Assembly (NCBI RefSeq): GCF_006345805.1
Contig: NC_043010.1
Coordinates: forward strand, 8,122,001 to 8,186,000
Direction: 5' to 3'
DNA from: Octopus sinensis
Taxonomy: Eukaryota
DNA: 64,000 nt
In this document: positions 13,551-25,866 of the stretch, piece after piece
Position numbering within the stretch: position 1 is the stretch's first letter
Layout of the letters: each line of letters starts with the position of its first letter
Translations under genes and position numbers: made by a program
Notes under the pieces: generated by a model
Told to the model about the DNA's origin: nothing
Databases searched by the model: none
What the model saw: only the letters and a program-made list of their open reading frames with translations

Positions 13551-14186
13551 CACATAAATGTGCTATATTCTATATATGTGTTTGTATGTATGTATATATA
13601 TATATATATATTCACATTGACATGCATCTATAAATCCAGTCTTACACACCACACACCACACACACACTCACACTCACACGCACACACACGCACACATATA
13701 TGTACAGAAAGGAAATCATAAGCATTTCATGTTTACAATTACATATGATGATGCATGTGTGCATTAGGTTACAGACCGGTCAGTGTGTGTGTTTGCATGC
13801 ATGTGTGTGTGTGTGCATGTATGAGAGAGAGAGAGAGAGTGACTGAATATTGGTATGTGTGCATGTGCTTGAATTACTGTGAATGTGCAGGTATGTATTT
13901 TATATGCACATCTATGTATGTATCTATCTAGCTATCTATCACAGATGGAGAGAGAGAGAGAAATAAATGTATCTATATTATATATTTGTGTATGTATGTA
14001 TATACATAAGCATGCATATATACATATATACTCACATTAACATACAACTATAAATACAGTTATACACACACATATATGTATACATATATGCATATATATA
14101 TATACATATATGTGTGTGTATGACTATATTTAAAGTTGTATGTCAATGTGAGTATATGAATATATGTGTGTGTGTGTTTATATATA

Positions 14187-14231
<45 letters not shown>

Positions 14232-14269
14232 ATTATATATATATATGTATGTTATGTATATATGTTATA

Positions 14270-14321
<52 letters not shown>

Positions 14322-14324
14322 ATA

Positions 14325-14377
<53 letters not shown>

Positions 14378-14393
14378 GTATATATATATATAG

Positions 14394-14433
<40 letters not shown>

Positions 14434-14442
14434 ATATATTAT

Positions 14443-14473
<31 letters not shown>

Positions 14474-14504
14474 ACACACACACATACATATATATAATTA
14501 TATA

Positions 14505-14536
<32 letters not shown>

Positions 14537-15740
14537 GTATAGATTGATAGATAGATAGATATTTATATATGTATACACATACATACATATATATATATAT
14601 AGATAGATAGATAGATCTATATGCTTCCATCTAGCCATGCAAACATATATACATACACTCACACATACAAACACATATGTATGTGTCTCACACTTGTATG
14701 TGCAAGTAGTCAACAAACAAGTGTGTGCATGATGCTAACACTCACACATGCATTCATACTCTCTTACCTGCACATTTACATACACACATGTGTTTTTGCA
14801 CACACAGTCATAAATATAACACAAAAGAGATACATGTGATGTGTGCTCATATGCAAAAGTACTTAATAATGACAATATCAAATATATACATAGGAAAAGA
14901 TATTCATACACATATTGACACACACAGACATATACATATACACACATAAATGTTGATGAAGATGATGATGATGATGATGATAATACTGATGATGATAACG
15001 ATGATGCACACACTCACATGCACGCACGCACACACACACATGCACATAAATATTATACAAATTTATTATATTGATATTTACTGTTGAATTTAGTTTAACT
15101 AAATTTCCTTGCTTTCCACTCAAAATAGTTTAATTTACTTAGCATATAAAACCAGTAATTAAGACAAAATGACAAATACACTTGAAATTCAGGGGCATTT
15201 GCAAACTTACAGAATAACTTGATACAACGAAACACTTATTTGAGAAGCTCTTGATATTTGGAGAAGGTAAAAGAACTTTTCTTGAAAGGGAAAATAAAAA
15301 AACTTCAGATTCATGGTACACAAACATACACACACACATGCACGCACACACGGACACACACACTGATATACTCACACACATACACAGATACACATACATG
15401 CACATACATATCAACATATACATGCATACATGTACATACATATATAAACACATATATATATATAAATATACATACACATACATGTATACACATATAGATA
15501 TATACACAAATACATATATAGACACATACATACATTTATATATATATACATACATATTTATATGCATGCATCTATATATACATATATATATATATACACA
15601 CACACACACATACATACACCCATGCACGCACACATATATGTATTTAGTTATATTTACAGCAAAATCTTCAAGTTTTTAAAAAGTATTTGGCTTTCAGCAG
15701 ATTTTCTGAATACATACATACATACATAAATACATACATA
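10200..15740. repeat. Compound (AT)n/(AC)n/(ATAC)n/(AGAT)n microsatellite field in protocadherin intron 1
   Basis: Directly visible, broken by short unique spacers. Confidence 0.95.
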
Positions 15741-16222
15741 CTATAATTATATACAAGAATTACTTTATGTACACAAATGCTGGACTGTTATCATGTTTTT
15801 ATTAGGAAAACTAAAAAGAAATTAAAACTTGTTTTAACCACTATTTACATTCTGGACTTGAAATTTGTTAAATACTCACACTTCACTTTGAGAGGCAGGT
15901 TTTTGCTTTAAATATTTTGTGGTAAATAAACAATATTATTTTATGAATTACTGTCAAGTTAGCAACTTCTTGGTAAATTTTTTTTATGTTTCAACTAACT
16001 CTAATTTTTAATAGAACTTGTTATAGTAATCCTGTTCTAACTCATTAAAGTAGAAACCTTATGAAAATATAACCAACTTTAGAAGAGTTTTGTTTTTTAA
16101 TGAAAAGTATATTTAAAATATAATCTTCAAAATATATTTTCTTTAAATAACTTAAGCTTGTGAGTAACATAAAAAGAGAAAAACAAACAAAGCAAAAGAA
16201 ACCAAGAGAATCATTCACTCAC

Positions 16223-16382
16223 TTGTATTATTAAATCCTTTCACTTCACATGAGTCGTTAGAAGAGATGTGTATCCTGCTGTAGAGTTGTATATTTACTG
16301 CTACTGTTATATGCTGGCAGTGCTGTACTGCTTAGTCTGGGTAGTGTGTAAATATCAAAGAGAGGTCTGCAGTTCTACAACT
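16223..16382 (-). other. Probable non-coding first exon (5' UTR) of the protocadherin
   Basis: Unique, higher-GC island among microsatellites. Starts at an Inr-like TCAGTT (16384-16379) and ends at donor CAA|GTGAGT (16223/16222). Would join the 7350 acceptor across an 8.87-kb intron. Confidence 0.6.
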
Positions 16383-16465
16383 GATGTGTGTAGGTAATAT
16401 CTGCTGCAGCCAATGACAAACTGGCTTGGGGGTCACATGGAAAAAATAAACCCCCACCACCAACT
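16379..16465 (-). promoter_or_regulatory. Candidate protocadherin core promoter
   Basis: Inr TCAGTT at 16384-16379 (minus). NF-Y-type AGCCAATGA with CCAAT at 16410-16414. CCCCCACCACC GT-box-like motif near 16451-16461. Confidence 0.5.
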
Positions 16466-17767
16466 CTGACACAACACAAGTAAATTCAACTATAGAAGGA
16501 GTTATTTAAATTTCAGTAAATTTTTACACAGAAATTTGTCTTAATATACTTAAGCATATAGATTTTTTTAAATATACATTAAGCAGTCTCTCTCTCTCTC
16601 TCTCTCTCACACTTTTTCTCTCTCTCTCACTTTCTCTCACATTCTCTCTTCATGTCTCTTTTCTGTTCTTTTTCGTTTCTTTTTCTTTTCTTTTCTTTTC
16701 TCTTCCAAATGATATATATGTTCTTTAAAAAAATATAATTTCGTCCTTGAACACTTATTGATATTTAGAAATGAACTCCAAGCAAAAAATAATTGAAGTT
16801 GAGTTCCATCCCAAGAGAGATGCTCTACAAGTCATTAAAAAAGTTCTATTCTATGCTTCAAACAGTGATATTCGAGGACTTCAAAATTCACTTAATATGA
16901 AATTGTCATCTGACTCTATATATGTCCTCTTGGGAATGAAAAATATAGAAAGTTGAGTCATCTTTTTAATCAATATTCAACATTGTGAAGAAAATAATAT
17001 TGATTTTTAGCAAAGTATGGAAGATTGCTTTTAAATTTTTTTTTTATATATATTTTTCTCTTCATTGATTTTTTTTAATGCAATAAACAGACATTTTTTT
17101 TAATCAAAAAATATAAGTTAATCAGCAAATTGAAATGAAAATTAAATGTTGTATGTAATGAATTATGTTCAATGCAATTATATTAAGTGAGCAGGAAATC
17201 TCTGTACTGCAAAGTATATGTATGATGTATATATCAGTTCCTCATGTTACTTTTTCTATATATTTTAAATTTTACTCTCAAACTCAAAAGTAGCTTCCAG
17301 CTCATTCTTCATCACAATAGCTATAATTTAAGTAAACTAGCTGCAAAAATAAATAAAGAAATAAAGAAAAAAAAATAAAGAAAAGAATAGAAACCTCACT
17401 TTCTTTAGGATAAAAATACTCAAATTTTTGAAATTTTCTAGAAACAAATTGCTTTCATATGATACATTTAATTGCTGTAATGGTAACAAGAATCTTGAAT
17501 TTAAAAAAAAAACTAAAGTATGCTACATAAATGTCCTTGTTCACATTCAGTTTATCAAGCAGTAATTTGCCAAAAGACCTTTTCCTTTGGCAGAAATCGA
17601 AGAAAGATGCCATCAAATTATGAGTTTACACTTGCAGACACTAGAAAAATCTTAATGCAATTAAGATTTTGCCAAAGCTTCCAAGTGTAAGCTCATTATT
17701 TTTATATATTGTTTATTCTTTTTGACTTTCATTTATTTATTTATTTATTTTAGATTTATTCATTCTT

Positions 17768-17804
<37 letters not shown>

Positions 17805-18209
17805 ATGAAATAGATGGATGTCCCTATATGTGTCTAAATAAGAGCATGTGTATGCATAAACAATTATGCTTTAAAGCATAAATTTAACTAATTCTGAGCT
17901 CAGCTTTGAAATGCTGTATATCTATCTATATTACAAAAAAAAAATGGTAAAAAGAAAAAAACACAACAATAAAAACAATAGAAAATAAATAATCTTCGCA
18001 GTAATAGTGTCTACAGGGTTTTATTCTACATGACATAGATTATTCATTTTACTTCTTTTCTTAAACACCAATTATTATAATCATTTGCTGATAAATATAG
18101 CAACAGCTAAATCCTGAGTTGAGCTAAATTGGAAAAAAGAGCAAGAAGAGGCATTGTCTTAAACAGTATTCTACAGGATACAACAGTAATGCTTATGATA
18201 TGTATCCAT

Positions 18210-18383
18210 ATTTATACATATACATACATATGTATATGTGTGTAGGTGTGCATGTCCATTTATCTATCTATCTATCAATCTACCAATCTATCTATATGTA
18301 TGTATGTATGTATACACACACCTATATATAATTACATATATATAATCATATATATATTATTCATACACACACACATATATATT

Positions 18384-18444
<61 letters not shown>

Positions 18445-18666
18445 GTATATATATATATATGTATATATATGTATATATATATTATATATATATATATATA
18501 TATTATATGCATATATATATGTATATATATATGCATATATATGGTATATATATATATGCATATATATGTATATATATATGCATATATATGTATGTATATG
18601 TATATACATACATATATATGCATATATATGTATATACATATATATGCATAGATATATATATTATAA

Positions 18667-18737
<71 letters not shown>

Positions 18738-18740
18738 TGA
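18210..18740. repeat. (AT)n/(ATGT)n then (GATA)n microsatellite
   Basis: Directly visible. Confidence 0.95.
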
Positions 18741-19419
18741 TTTCTCTATTAAAAATTAATCTTCTTACAAAATATAGACTTAACAGTATTAATGCAAATA
18801 TTTTCAGAATATTTGACTTTTCAGGAAAAGTAAAGAATTTTGCTTTGTAGTGGAATATGATGACATTTTAAATATGCTTTAAATTAACACGATTTTTATG
18901 CATTATTCATGTACATTTCCCTTTGTAATAAAGATTTACATGCTTAGAGCAATAAGTGTAAAATATTCTGAATTGAAACGAATGGTGGGTGGAGGAGGGG
19001 GGTATGTCAGAAAGGAAGGAAGGAGGAAATAGAGGGAGAAAAAGAAAGAAAGAAAGAAAGAATGATTGAGAGAGGTGAAGGCAGGGAAAAGGAAAAGGAG
19101 AGAGAGAGAGGGAAAGGAAAAGGAAAAGAAAGAGACTTATCATTCATTTTTAATCAGATACATTAACAAATTCCGCTCAAACACATTATAGGCTAAAAAT
19201 TAATATATATATATATGTATATGTATATGTACATACACACATGCACAAATGTGTGTGTGTGTGTATGTGTGCATGCGTGTGTGTGTGTATGTGTGTGTGT
19301 GTGTATTATACATATCATTAGATATATGAATAATAATTTTGTCTTTAGATGTTAAATACTGTTCTAGTCCATTAAACAGCACCATACTGGTTTAGAAATC
19401 ATTAAATGTTAGGAGGCCA

Positions 19420-19501
19420 GAAATTATTATTATTGTTATTATTATTATTATTATTATCATCATCAATATTATTACTATTATCATTATCATTATTATCATT
19501 T

Positions 19502-19542
<41 letters not shown>

Positions 19543-19645
19543 ATTATTCTCATCATCATCATTACTACTACTTCTACTACCACTGTTTCTACTACTACTA
19601 CTACTACTTGTTACAGTAGCAGTAGTAGTAGTAGTAGTAGTAGTT
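19420..19645. repeat. (ATT)n/(ACT)n/(AGT)n microsatellite in the putative 3' UTR of the upstream gene
   Basis: Directly visible. Confidence 0.9.
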
Positions 19646-19845
19646 TGATCATGATTATAATCAATGTAAGTAAGAACGGACTAGCCAGAGTTTGTTTTTT
19701 CATCCAAGTGGAAACAACATACAAAACAAAAATTTTTCTTTTGAAAAAAAAAAACAATAAAAAAACAAGGCAGAAACAATCGGCAATAACAAACAAAAAA
19801 AAAAGAAAAGAAAAAAGAAAGGATAGCAACTAACTAGAATACTTT

Positions 19846-20123
19846 CTAAGATTCTTCATTTGACGGCAATGCTGGTAGTGGTTTTGAAAAATTAAAACTG
19901 TTTCTTGTTGGTAGTTCCCAGTGCTGTTGAAGAACATTACGGTTGTTACTGTGTAATGGAATAGAGTTTTGATTAGATACACCACTGTAGCTTACATTTT
20001 GACCAATGGCTACCGGACAGGCATATCTGGCATTCATGCCTCCTTCCTTGGGCCTGTTCACCATATGAGGCAAAGATTGGCTGTCCACTTTCACTACCCG
20101 TTCCTTTTGGTAAGCCTTATAAT
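19846..20123 (-). CDS. Terminal coding exon of an upstream gene, probably a protocadherin cytoplasmic tail: (D)YKAYQKERVVKVDSQSLPHM...QHWELPTRNSFNFSKPLPALPSNEES*
   Basis: Acceptor TTTATTTCTACTTTTAG| at 20124/20123, phase 1, then 91 open codons to TAG at 19846. Non-repetitive, coding-like composition, same strand as the protocadherin. Protocadherin identity is inferred from position and orientation only. Confidence 0.75.
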
Positions 20124-20229
20124 CTAAAAGTAGAAATAAAACAAATTTTGGTAAAATGCATCATGATTGAACTGAATGACAATAAAATGATTTTCTTTGT
20201 TTTTAAATTGAATACATGCATATATATAT

Positions 20230-20635
20230 AGGCGCAGGAGTGGCTGTGTGGTAAGTAGCTTGCTACCCAACCACATAGTTCCGGGTTCAGTCTCACTGCG
20301 TGGCATCTTGGGCAAGTGTCTTCTGCTATAGCCCCGGGCCGACCAATGCCTTGTGAGTGGATTTGGCCGACGGAAACTGAAAGAAGCCTGTCGTATATAT
20401 GTATATATATATAAGTGTGTGTGTGTTTGTGTGTCTGTGTTTGTCCCCCTAGCATTGCTTGACAACCGATGCTGGTGTGTTTACGTCCCCGTCACTTAGC
20501 GGTTCGGCAAAGGAGACCGATGGAATAAGTACTGGGCTTACAAAGAATAAGTCCCGGGGTTGATTTGCTCGACTAAAGGCGGTGCTCCAGCATGGCCGCA
20601 GTCAAATGACTGAAACAAGTAAAAGAGTAAAAGAG
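20230..20635 (+). mobile_element. tRNA-derived SINE family A, full length
   Basis: Near-identical to 8744-9142; lies ~105 nt upstream of the 20123 acceptor. Confidence 0.9.
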
Positions 20636-20644
20636 TATATATAG

Positions 20645-20850
20645 TTAATCCAAACAAGAAAACACAAAAAAAACACAACAACGCGAGGACTTGGAACAAA
20701 TAAAGTATTATTGGACGCTCAGGAAAGAAGGGAAGAAGGAGGGTTTAACGTTTCGAGCGGAGCTCTTTGTCGGAAACATAGGAGAAGGAAAGATCCTGAG
20801 AAGGGAAGACAGAGGAAAAGAAATCACTAATGGTACACACGTGGTCACAT
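20645..20850. mobile_element. Probable Penelope-like retroelement end fragment (similar pieces at ~23060-23200 and ~27835-28050)
   Basis: Shared motif TTTACGTTTCGAGC.../GCTCGAAAC(A/G)TAAAAGAC. Class assigned from recall of such ends, not from a search. Confidence 0.4.
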
Positions 20851-21194
20851 TTTGAAATATATGTATATATATACATACATACATACATACATAGTGTTAA
20901 TTTAACATCTGCTTTATTATCCTTGCCGAATGGCAATTTGTTGAGGGACATTTTCTGTGGCCAAATGTCCTTTCAGTCACCAAACTCTTACCTGTTTCTG
21001 AGCAAGGTTATATTTACCTCATGGCTGGACACATTTTCATGGAAAACTGGTGATGAAAGGACATCACTTGTATGATGGTGACATTCATTTATAACTACTG
21101 TGTGATGTCAAGACAAAGAGACTCATACACCACACACAAATACAGAAGTGTAACAATATGTGTGTGTGTGTATACATATATATATATATATATT

Positions 21195-21747
21195 ATATAA
21201 AATCCGTTCTGTCTGTGTGTGTGTGTGTGTCTTCTAGGATCTCAGGCATCCTCCATCCGATTGCACTCAAAATTGTTATGTCGATACCGACGGTATCAGG
21301 GCGTGTATAAGTCTTGAAAAAAATTACAAAAATCGATTCCAGGTGAGAATGCGATTGATAAAGCCATGGGAGCGTGCATTTGTACACACAAGTACATCAG
21401 CTGTTGTGATCAATACTACACGTATGCAAGAAAAATGCACATGCAGTTTGTGCAAAAAAAAGCTGGCTGGCTTGAAATAATGCCACAAAATGCAGTATAT
21501 TTAAGAGACCAAAAAAGTAAGATGCAAAGGAGATATTTGCTTCAAACTTGGCATGAAGGAAGGAGAGAATATTTGGTTTCTCAAGACGTTTTTTTTGTTT
21601 TTTGCCTTAACTTTGTTTAACAAAACCAAAAATTTTATTGAAATAATGGTATGCTTAATTATATTTTAATGAAAAGAAAACACTGATTGCTTTTTATTCG
21701 GCAGATATGATTCAACACCGTCCATTGGACAGGGGACGTTTTGCTCG
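21195..21747 (+). mobile_element. Non-autonomous Helitron-like element, family 2
   Basis: 5' ~170 bp nearly identical to 55842-56012. 3' hairpin CGTCCATTGGAC then CTCG|T, as at 56590-56627. Confidence 0.55.
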
Positions 21748-22778
21748 TATATATACATATACATGAATACAGTTATATACATGTATGTATGCATGTATGT
21801 ATGTATTTGATGAATGGAGATCCATTAGGGATCTAGGTATATCAAAGTGAAGCATCCTACAATTGATGGCCAGACAGAATCAATGATGCAAATCAGACAG
21901 TTGAGTAATCCATTACCATAGCACTAAAGGCATTGATGAAGCAGAGTTCATTGTTGTTTTGTAATCCGCAACTCCAGTAGAATCAAAAGATGAATGGAAC
22001 CTTAAGTGTTGGTGTAAAAACAGATGAATGGATTATCTAGTACTATTGTTTAATTAAGAGTTTTTATTGTGGTGTGATCAGAGGGCATTCAGGTACGTAG
22101 TTGGCCCAATATACGTAAGAATCTGTCATTTGTTACTCAACTCTTGTATATTTGGTAAACCTGGTGAGTTGAGAGTTGAATAATGTATTACATGTTCTTA
22201 TCGGTGTTGCACATACTACATATCTGACTGTACCATGCTTATGTCACAGTGTAGATTGTAAATGAAATAATTGTACCAGTACCAGATAACTCATTTGTAT
22301 GCTTTTATCATACATATAAACACATACACACACACTATTTATTAAAGCTGAAAAAAAGTCTTCACCAACTGTTACTTAGTTTCATATGATCATTCATCAG
22401 ACAACTGTGATAGTATGTAATATTGTATTGGTATTTGAGTACTATTTTTTTCACCTTGTTTTGCACATGTATGTATATTTGTGTATGCATACATGCGTAC
22501 ATACATACAGACATGCATACATACATAGTATGCTACATAAAGTACAATGTATATCTATTCCACATGTTACTTTTTCTATGTATTTGAAATTTTAATCTCA
22601 AACTCAAAAGTAGCTTCCATGCACACATACACATACTCAGTCAGTCAGTCTCTCTCTCTCTCTCTCTGCACATACATGCACACACACTGACTGATGTGCA
22701 TCTTGATGCACACGTGTTATCATATATGTTTGTAAACATGAATTACTAATAATTTCTTTTGGTATGTATATATATATA

Positions 22779-22968
22779 TGGCACGTAAAAAGCACCCACT
22801 ACACTCATGGAGGGTTGGCGTTAGGAAGGGCATCCAGCCGTAGAAACATTGCCAGATCAGACTGGGCCTGGTGCAGCCTTCTGGCTTCCCAGACCCCTGT
22901 TGAATCGTCCAACCCATGCTAGCATGGAAAGCGGATGCTAAACGATGATGATGATGATAGTGATGATG
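22779..22968 (+). mobile_element. RTE-type 3' tail element (family C)
   Basis: Same consensus as 3166-3422, (GAT)n tail. Confidence 0.85.
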
Positions 22969-24676
22969 AATATCTTCCCTTCTTCCTAGCTCTCCTGTCT
23001 GACCACCTCTGTCCAGCCATCACTATGATTGACTGCTAGCTACTAAAGCTTTCTTTTTTTATTCTCTCTGTTTATTTTCTCATGTTCCTTTCCGTTGAAG
23101 AGCATAAGCTCGAAACATAAAAGACTTTCTCACCTTCCTGAGCATTAAACTAATACACCTGTTTGTTGTTTACACACCTGTCTTCGTCTTTTTTTTCTGT
23201 AGATTCCAACTATATATCTATATATACACACATATGCATATTTGGCTACAGGACGTCACCGACTGTGTAAACAATATGAAATACAAAAACAAACGAATTC
23301 AATACACAAACAACGAGAGAAAGAAAATGGAAAACAAGACAAGTATTCACAGAGAACGACCCTTCATCAGTTGCCAGCTGTCTATCTACTCCTCATTTTG
23401 AGCATTCAACAACAATATGAGTCTTCAAAGACTGTTGATCCCATAAATTCTAAAATAAAATTTAGGACTTATGGAGGATTTATTAAAGTTGGGAACAAAA
23501 ACAGGACACTGGAGACATAAAAGGAAAATTTAAACAAACATGGAGGGTCATTAGACCTGAACAAGAGGAAAATAGTGAATGCTGGGAGAAATATTTTCTT
23601 TGAAAAGAGAAAAGATAGAAGAGAGAGAAAGAAACGTCCAGTCTTTAGAATGTCTGTGCAGGATTAAAAAAAGATGGTCAAGTGAGGAAAAGAAAGATGG
23701 ATGATTGTCACGTGTGAGCAACGAGAGAGAGAGAGAAAAAGGGGGAGAGAGATATATAGAAAATGGTGAAAGAGAGAGAGGGAGAAAAAGAAGATGAAAG
23801 AAGGACAAAGGAAGAAAACAGCATAGAGTATATATATATAATATATATATATATATATTATATATATATATAATATATATATATATATTATATATATATA
23901 TATATATAACTCAAACTTGCATAAACATTGGTTTAAAATAACCATGACAACAATAACAAGGATGAGGATTTGTTTACAACACACATTTCACCTCTAACAA
24001 AGTTCATTCTGTTACAATTATTTTGATCTAGTCTGAAAATATTTCCCTTCCACCAGCCTCAGAAGCCCTCAAAAATTATAATGAGCACAGCCCAAATTCT
24101 TTGGACTAACCCTAAATGAAATAAAGAAAATTTAATCAAACTATAACTGTTATCCTTTTCCTTTACTTCTTGTTCTTTACAATTGTATTTCTTTACAATT
24201 TACCCTACTTCTAATTTAAAGTCAACTAAAGAGAGACATACTTCTTCATGTTTTATGTAGTGTACTAAATAAATAATTTCTAATAGTCTTTTTTCTCAGG
24301 CTTAAGCAAATGAAGATTTATTTAATCTGTTGCATCTTTACAAACACACACACACACACACACACACACGTGTAAACACAAACACACACACACTCATTAA
24401 TGCATACACCAACAAATATGCAAAGGTAAAAACAGATAGACAAATGCATGCAGATTTAGTTGGTTTGTACTTCTTCATATACACATACATGCAGGCATTT
24501 GTGTGTTTTTCACCAAATACTAACTATGAATCAAGAAATAATTTCATGCACTACACAAATGTAAGAGAACAAATAAAAAAACCTACATATAAATTCTGTT
24601 ATTAGTATTGATAATTTTTACTGATTTGAGAGATATGTATTTTCAGGAAAGAAGCTTCTTATTCTATGATTCAGAG

Positions 24677-24884
24677 CAGTGCTTTTCAAACTTTTTGCTG
24701 GAACGGAACCCCAAGGAAACATTCCACTGGCTCGAGGAATAATTTAATAGTCTTATGCACACATATCTGCACAGGAGACTTAAAAATTACTGCCGATTTT
24801 AGCAGTTTTGTAACTTCTTGCGGAACCCCTGCACTGTACTGGCGGAACCCTAAGGTTCCGTGGAACCCTGGTTGAAAACCACTG
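24677..24884 (+). mobile_element. hAT-type MITE
   Basis: TIRs CAGTGCTTTTCAA / TTGAAAACCACTG; perfect 8-bp TSD ATTCAGAG (24669-24676 and 24885-24892). Confidence 0.92.
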
Positions 24885-25088
24885 ATTCAGAGTATGAACT
24901 GTAATGTCTTTTGAAGTTTTGCTTGAATTTTTCCAGCTATTTCAAAGATTATTTCATACAATTTATCAAATCTTTTCACAAGATAGCCAATCACAATAAT
25001 TGAGAATCTCATAAAACCAAAATCAAAATATTCTGCCCTTTATGGTACATATTTTGGGTTGATAACTCCAAGATGCTATAAAAATTAC

Positions 25089-25211
25089 CTTTGAAGTTCA
25101 TCTTGTCGCCAACTTTTGCTTCATTTTCAGGTAAGAGATTTTTTTTTTATTTAATTCTACTGGTTTTTGAAAACATCTACTCATAATATCAGCCAAGAAT
25201 GTAAACACCAT
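25089..25211 (-). CDS. Candidate coding exon upstream of the 19846-20123 exon (MVFTFLADIMSRCFQKPVELNKKK[+1 A needed]NLLPENEAKVGDKMNFK)
   Basis: Donor AAG|GTAATT at 25089/25088 is phase 1 and joins G+AT (Asp) to the terminal exon. Weak acceptor GACAG| at 25251/25250. ATG at 25211 in GATATGG context. The frame from that ATG needs 11 A in a run assembled as 10. Confidence 0.4.
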
Positions 25212-25461
25212 ATCCTTGTTTTGCCCAGGTAGTCACAAGCAAAGCATGAACTGTCAATATTCACACACACTCACACATACATGTGTGCATGTGTGTGTGA
25301 ATTTTAATAATTGATGCTTACTGCAGTTTATTTAATCACAGATGAAAGCTCTGAATAAACAAACATATCATCAGAGGCATTCCAGGTGTGATCATTCAAG
25401 TTTTATTTTGGATAGTGAACCCAGAATTTTGCTATCGATCATCTCTCTTTTTCTTTTTTCT

Positions 25462-25663
25462 TTTTTACTTGTTTCAGTCATTTGACTGCGGCCATGCTGG
25501 AGCACCGCCTTTAGTCGAGCAACTCGACCCCGGGACTTATTCTTTTTGTAAGCCCAGTACTTATTCTATCGGTCTCTTTTTGCCGAACCGCTAAGTGACG
25601 GGGACGTAAACACACCAGCATCGGTTGTCAAGCAATGCTAAGGGAACAAACACAGACACACAA

Positions 25664-25694
<31 letters not shown>

Positions 25695-25866
25695 CATATA
25701 TACGACAGGCTTCTTTCAGTTTCCGTCTACCAAATCCACTCACAAGGCATTGGTCGGCCCAGGGCTATAGCAGAAGACTCTTGCCCAAGATGCCACGCAG
25801 TGGGACTGAACCCGGAACCATGTGGTTGGTTAGCAAGCTACTTACCACACAGCCACTCCTGCGCCT
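25462..25866 (-). mobile_element. tRNA-derived SINE family A, full length
   Basis: Reverse complement of the family A consensus. Confidence 0.9.

Noticed and set aside
8264-15679. Dozens of 60-200 aa ORFs rich in YI/HT/CV/MY (also at 18-19, 31, 38-39, 51 and 63 kb)
   Set aside because: Translations of (AT)n, (AC)n and (ATAC)n microsatellites, which lack stops in some frames.
19876-19905. RNSFNF as a WAVE-binding WIRS motif
   Set aside because: WIRS needs a bulky hydrophobic residue two positions before S/T-F; here it is Arg.
21820-22300. Unique segment with HPTIDGQTES (gypsy integrase-like) and IRDLGI (RT-like) in different frames
   Set aside because: Very short matches surrounded by stops; the element class cannot be assigned without a profile search.
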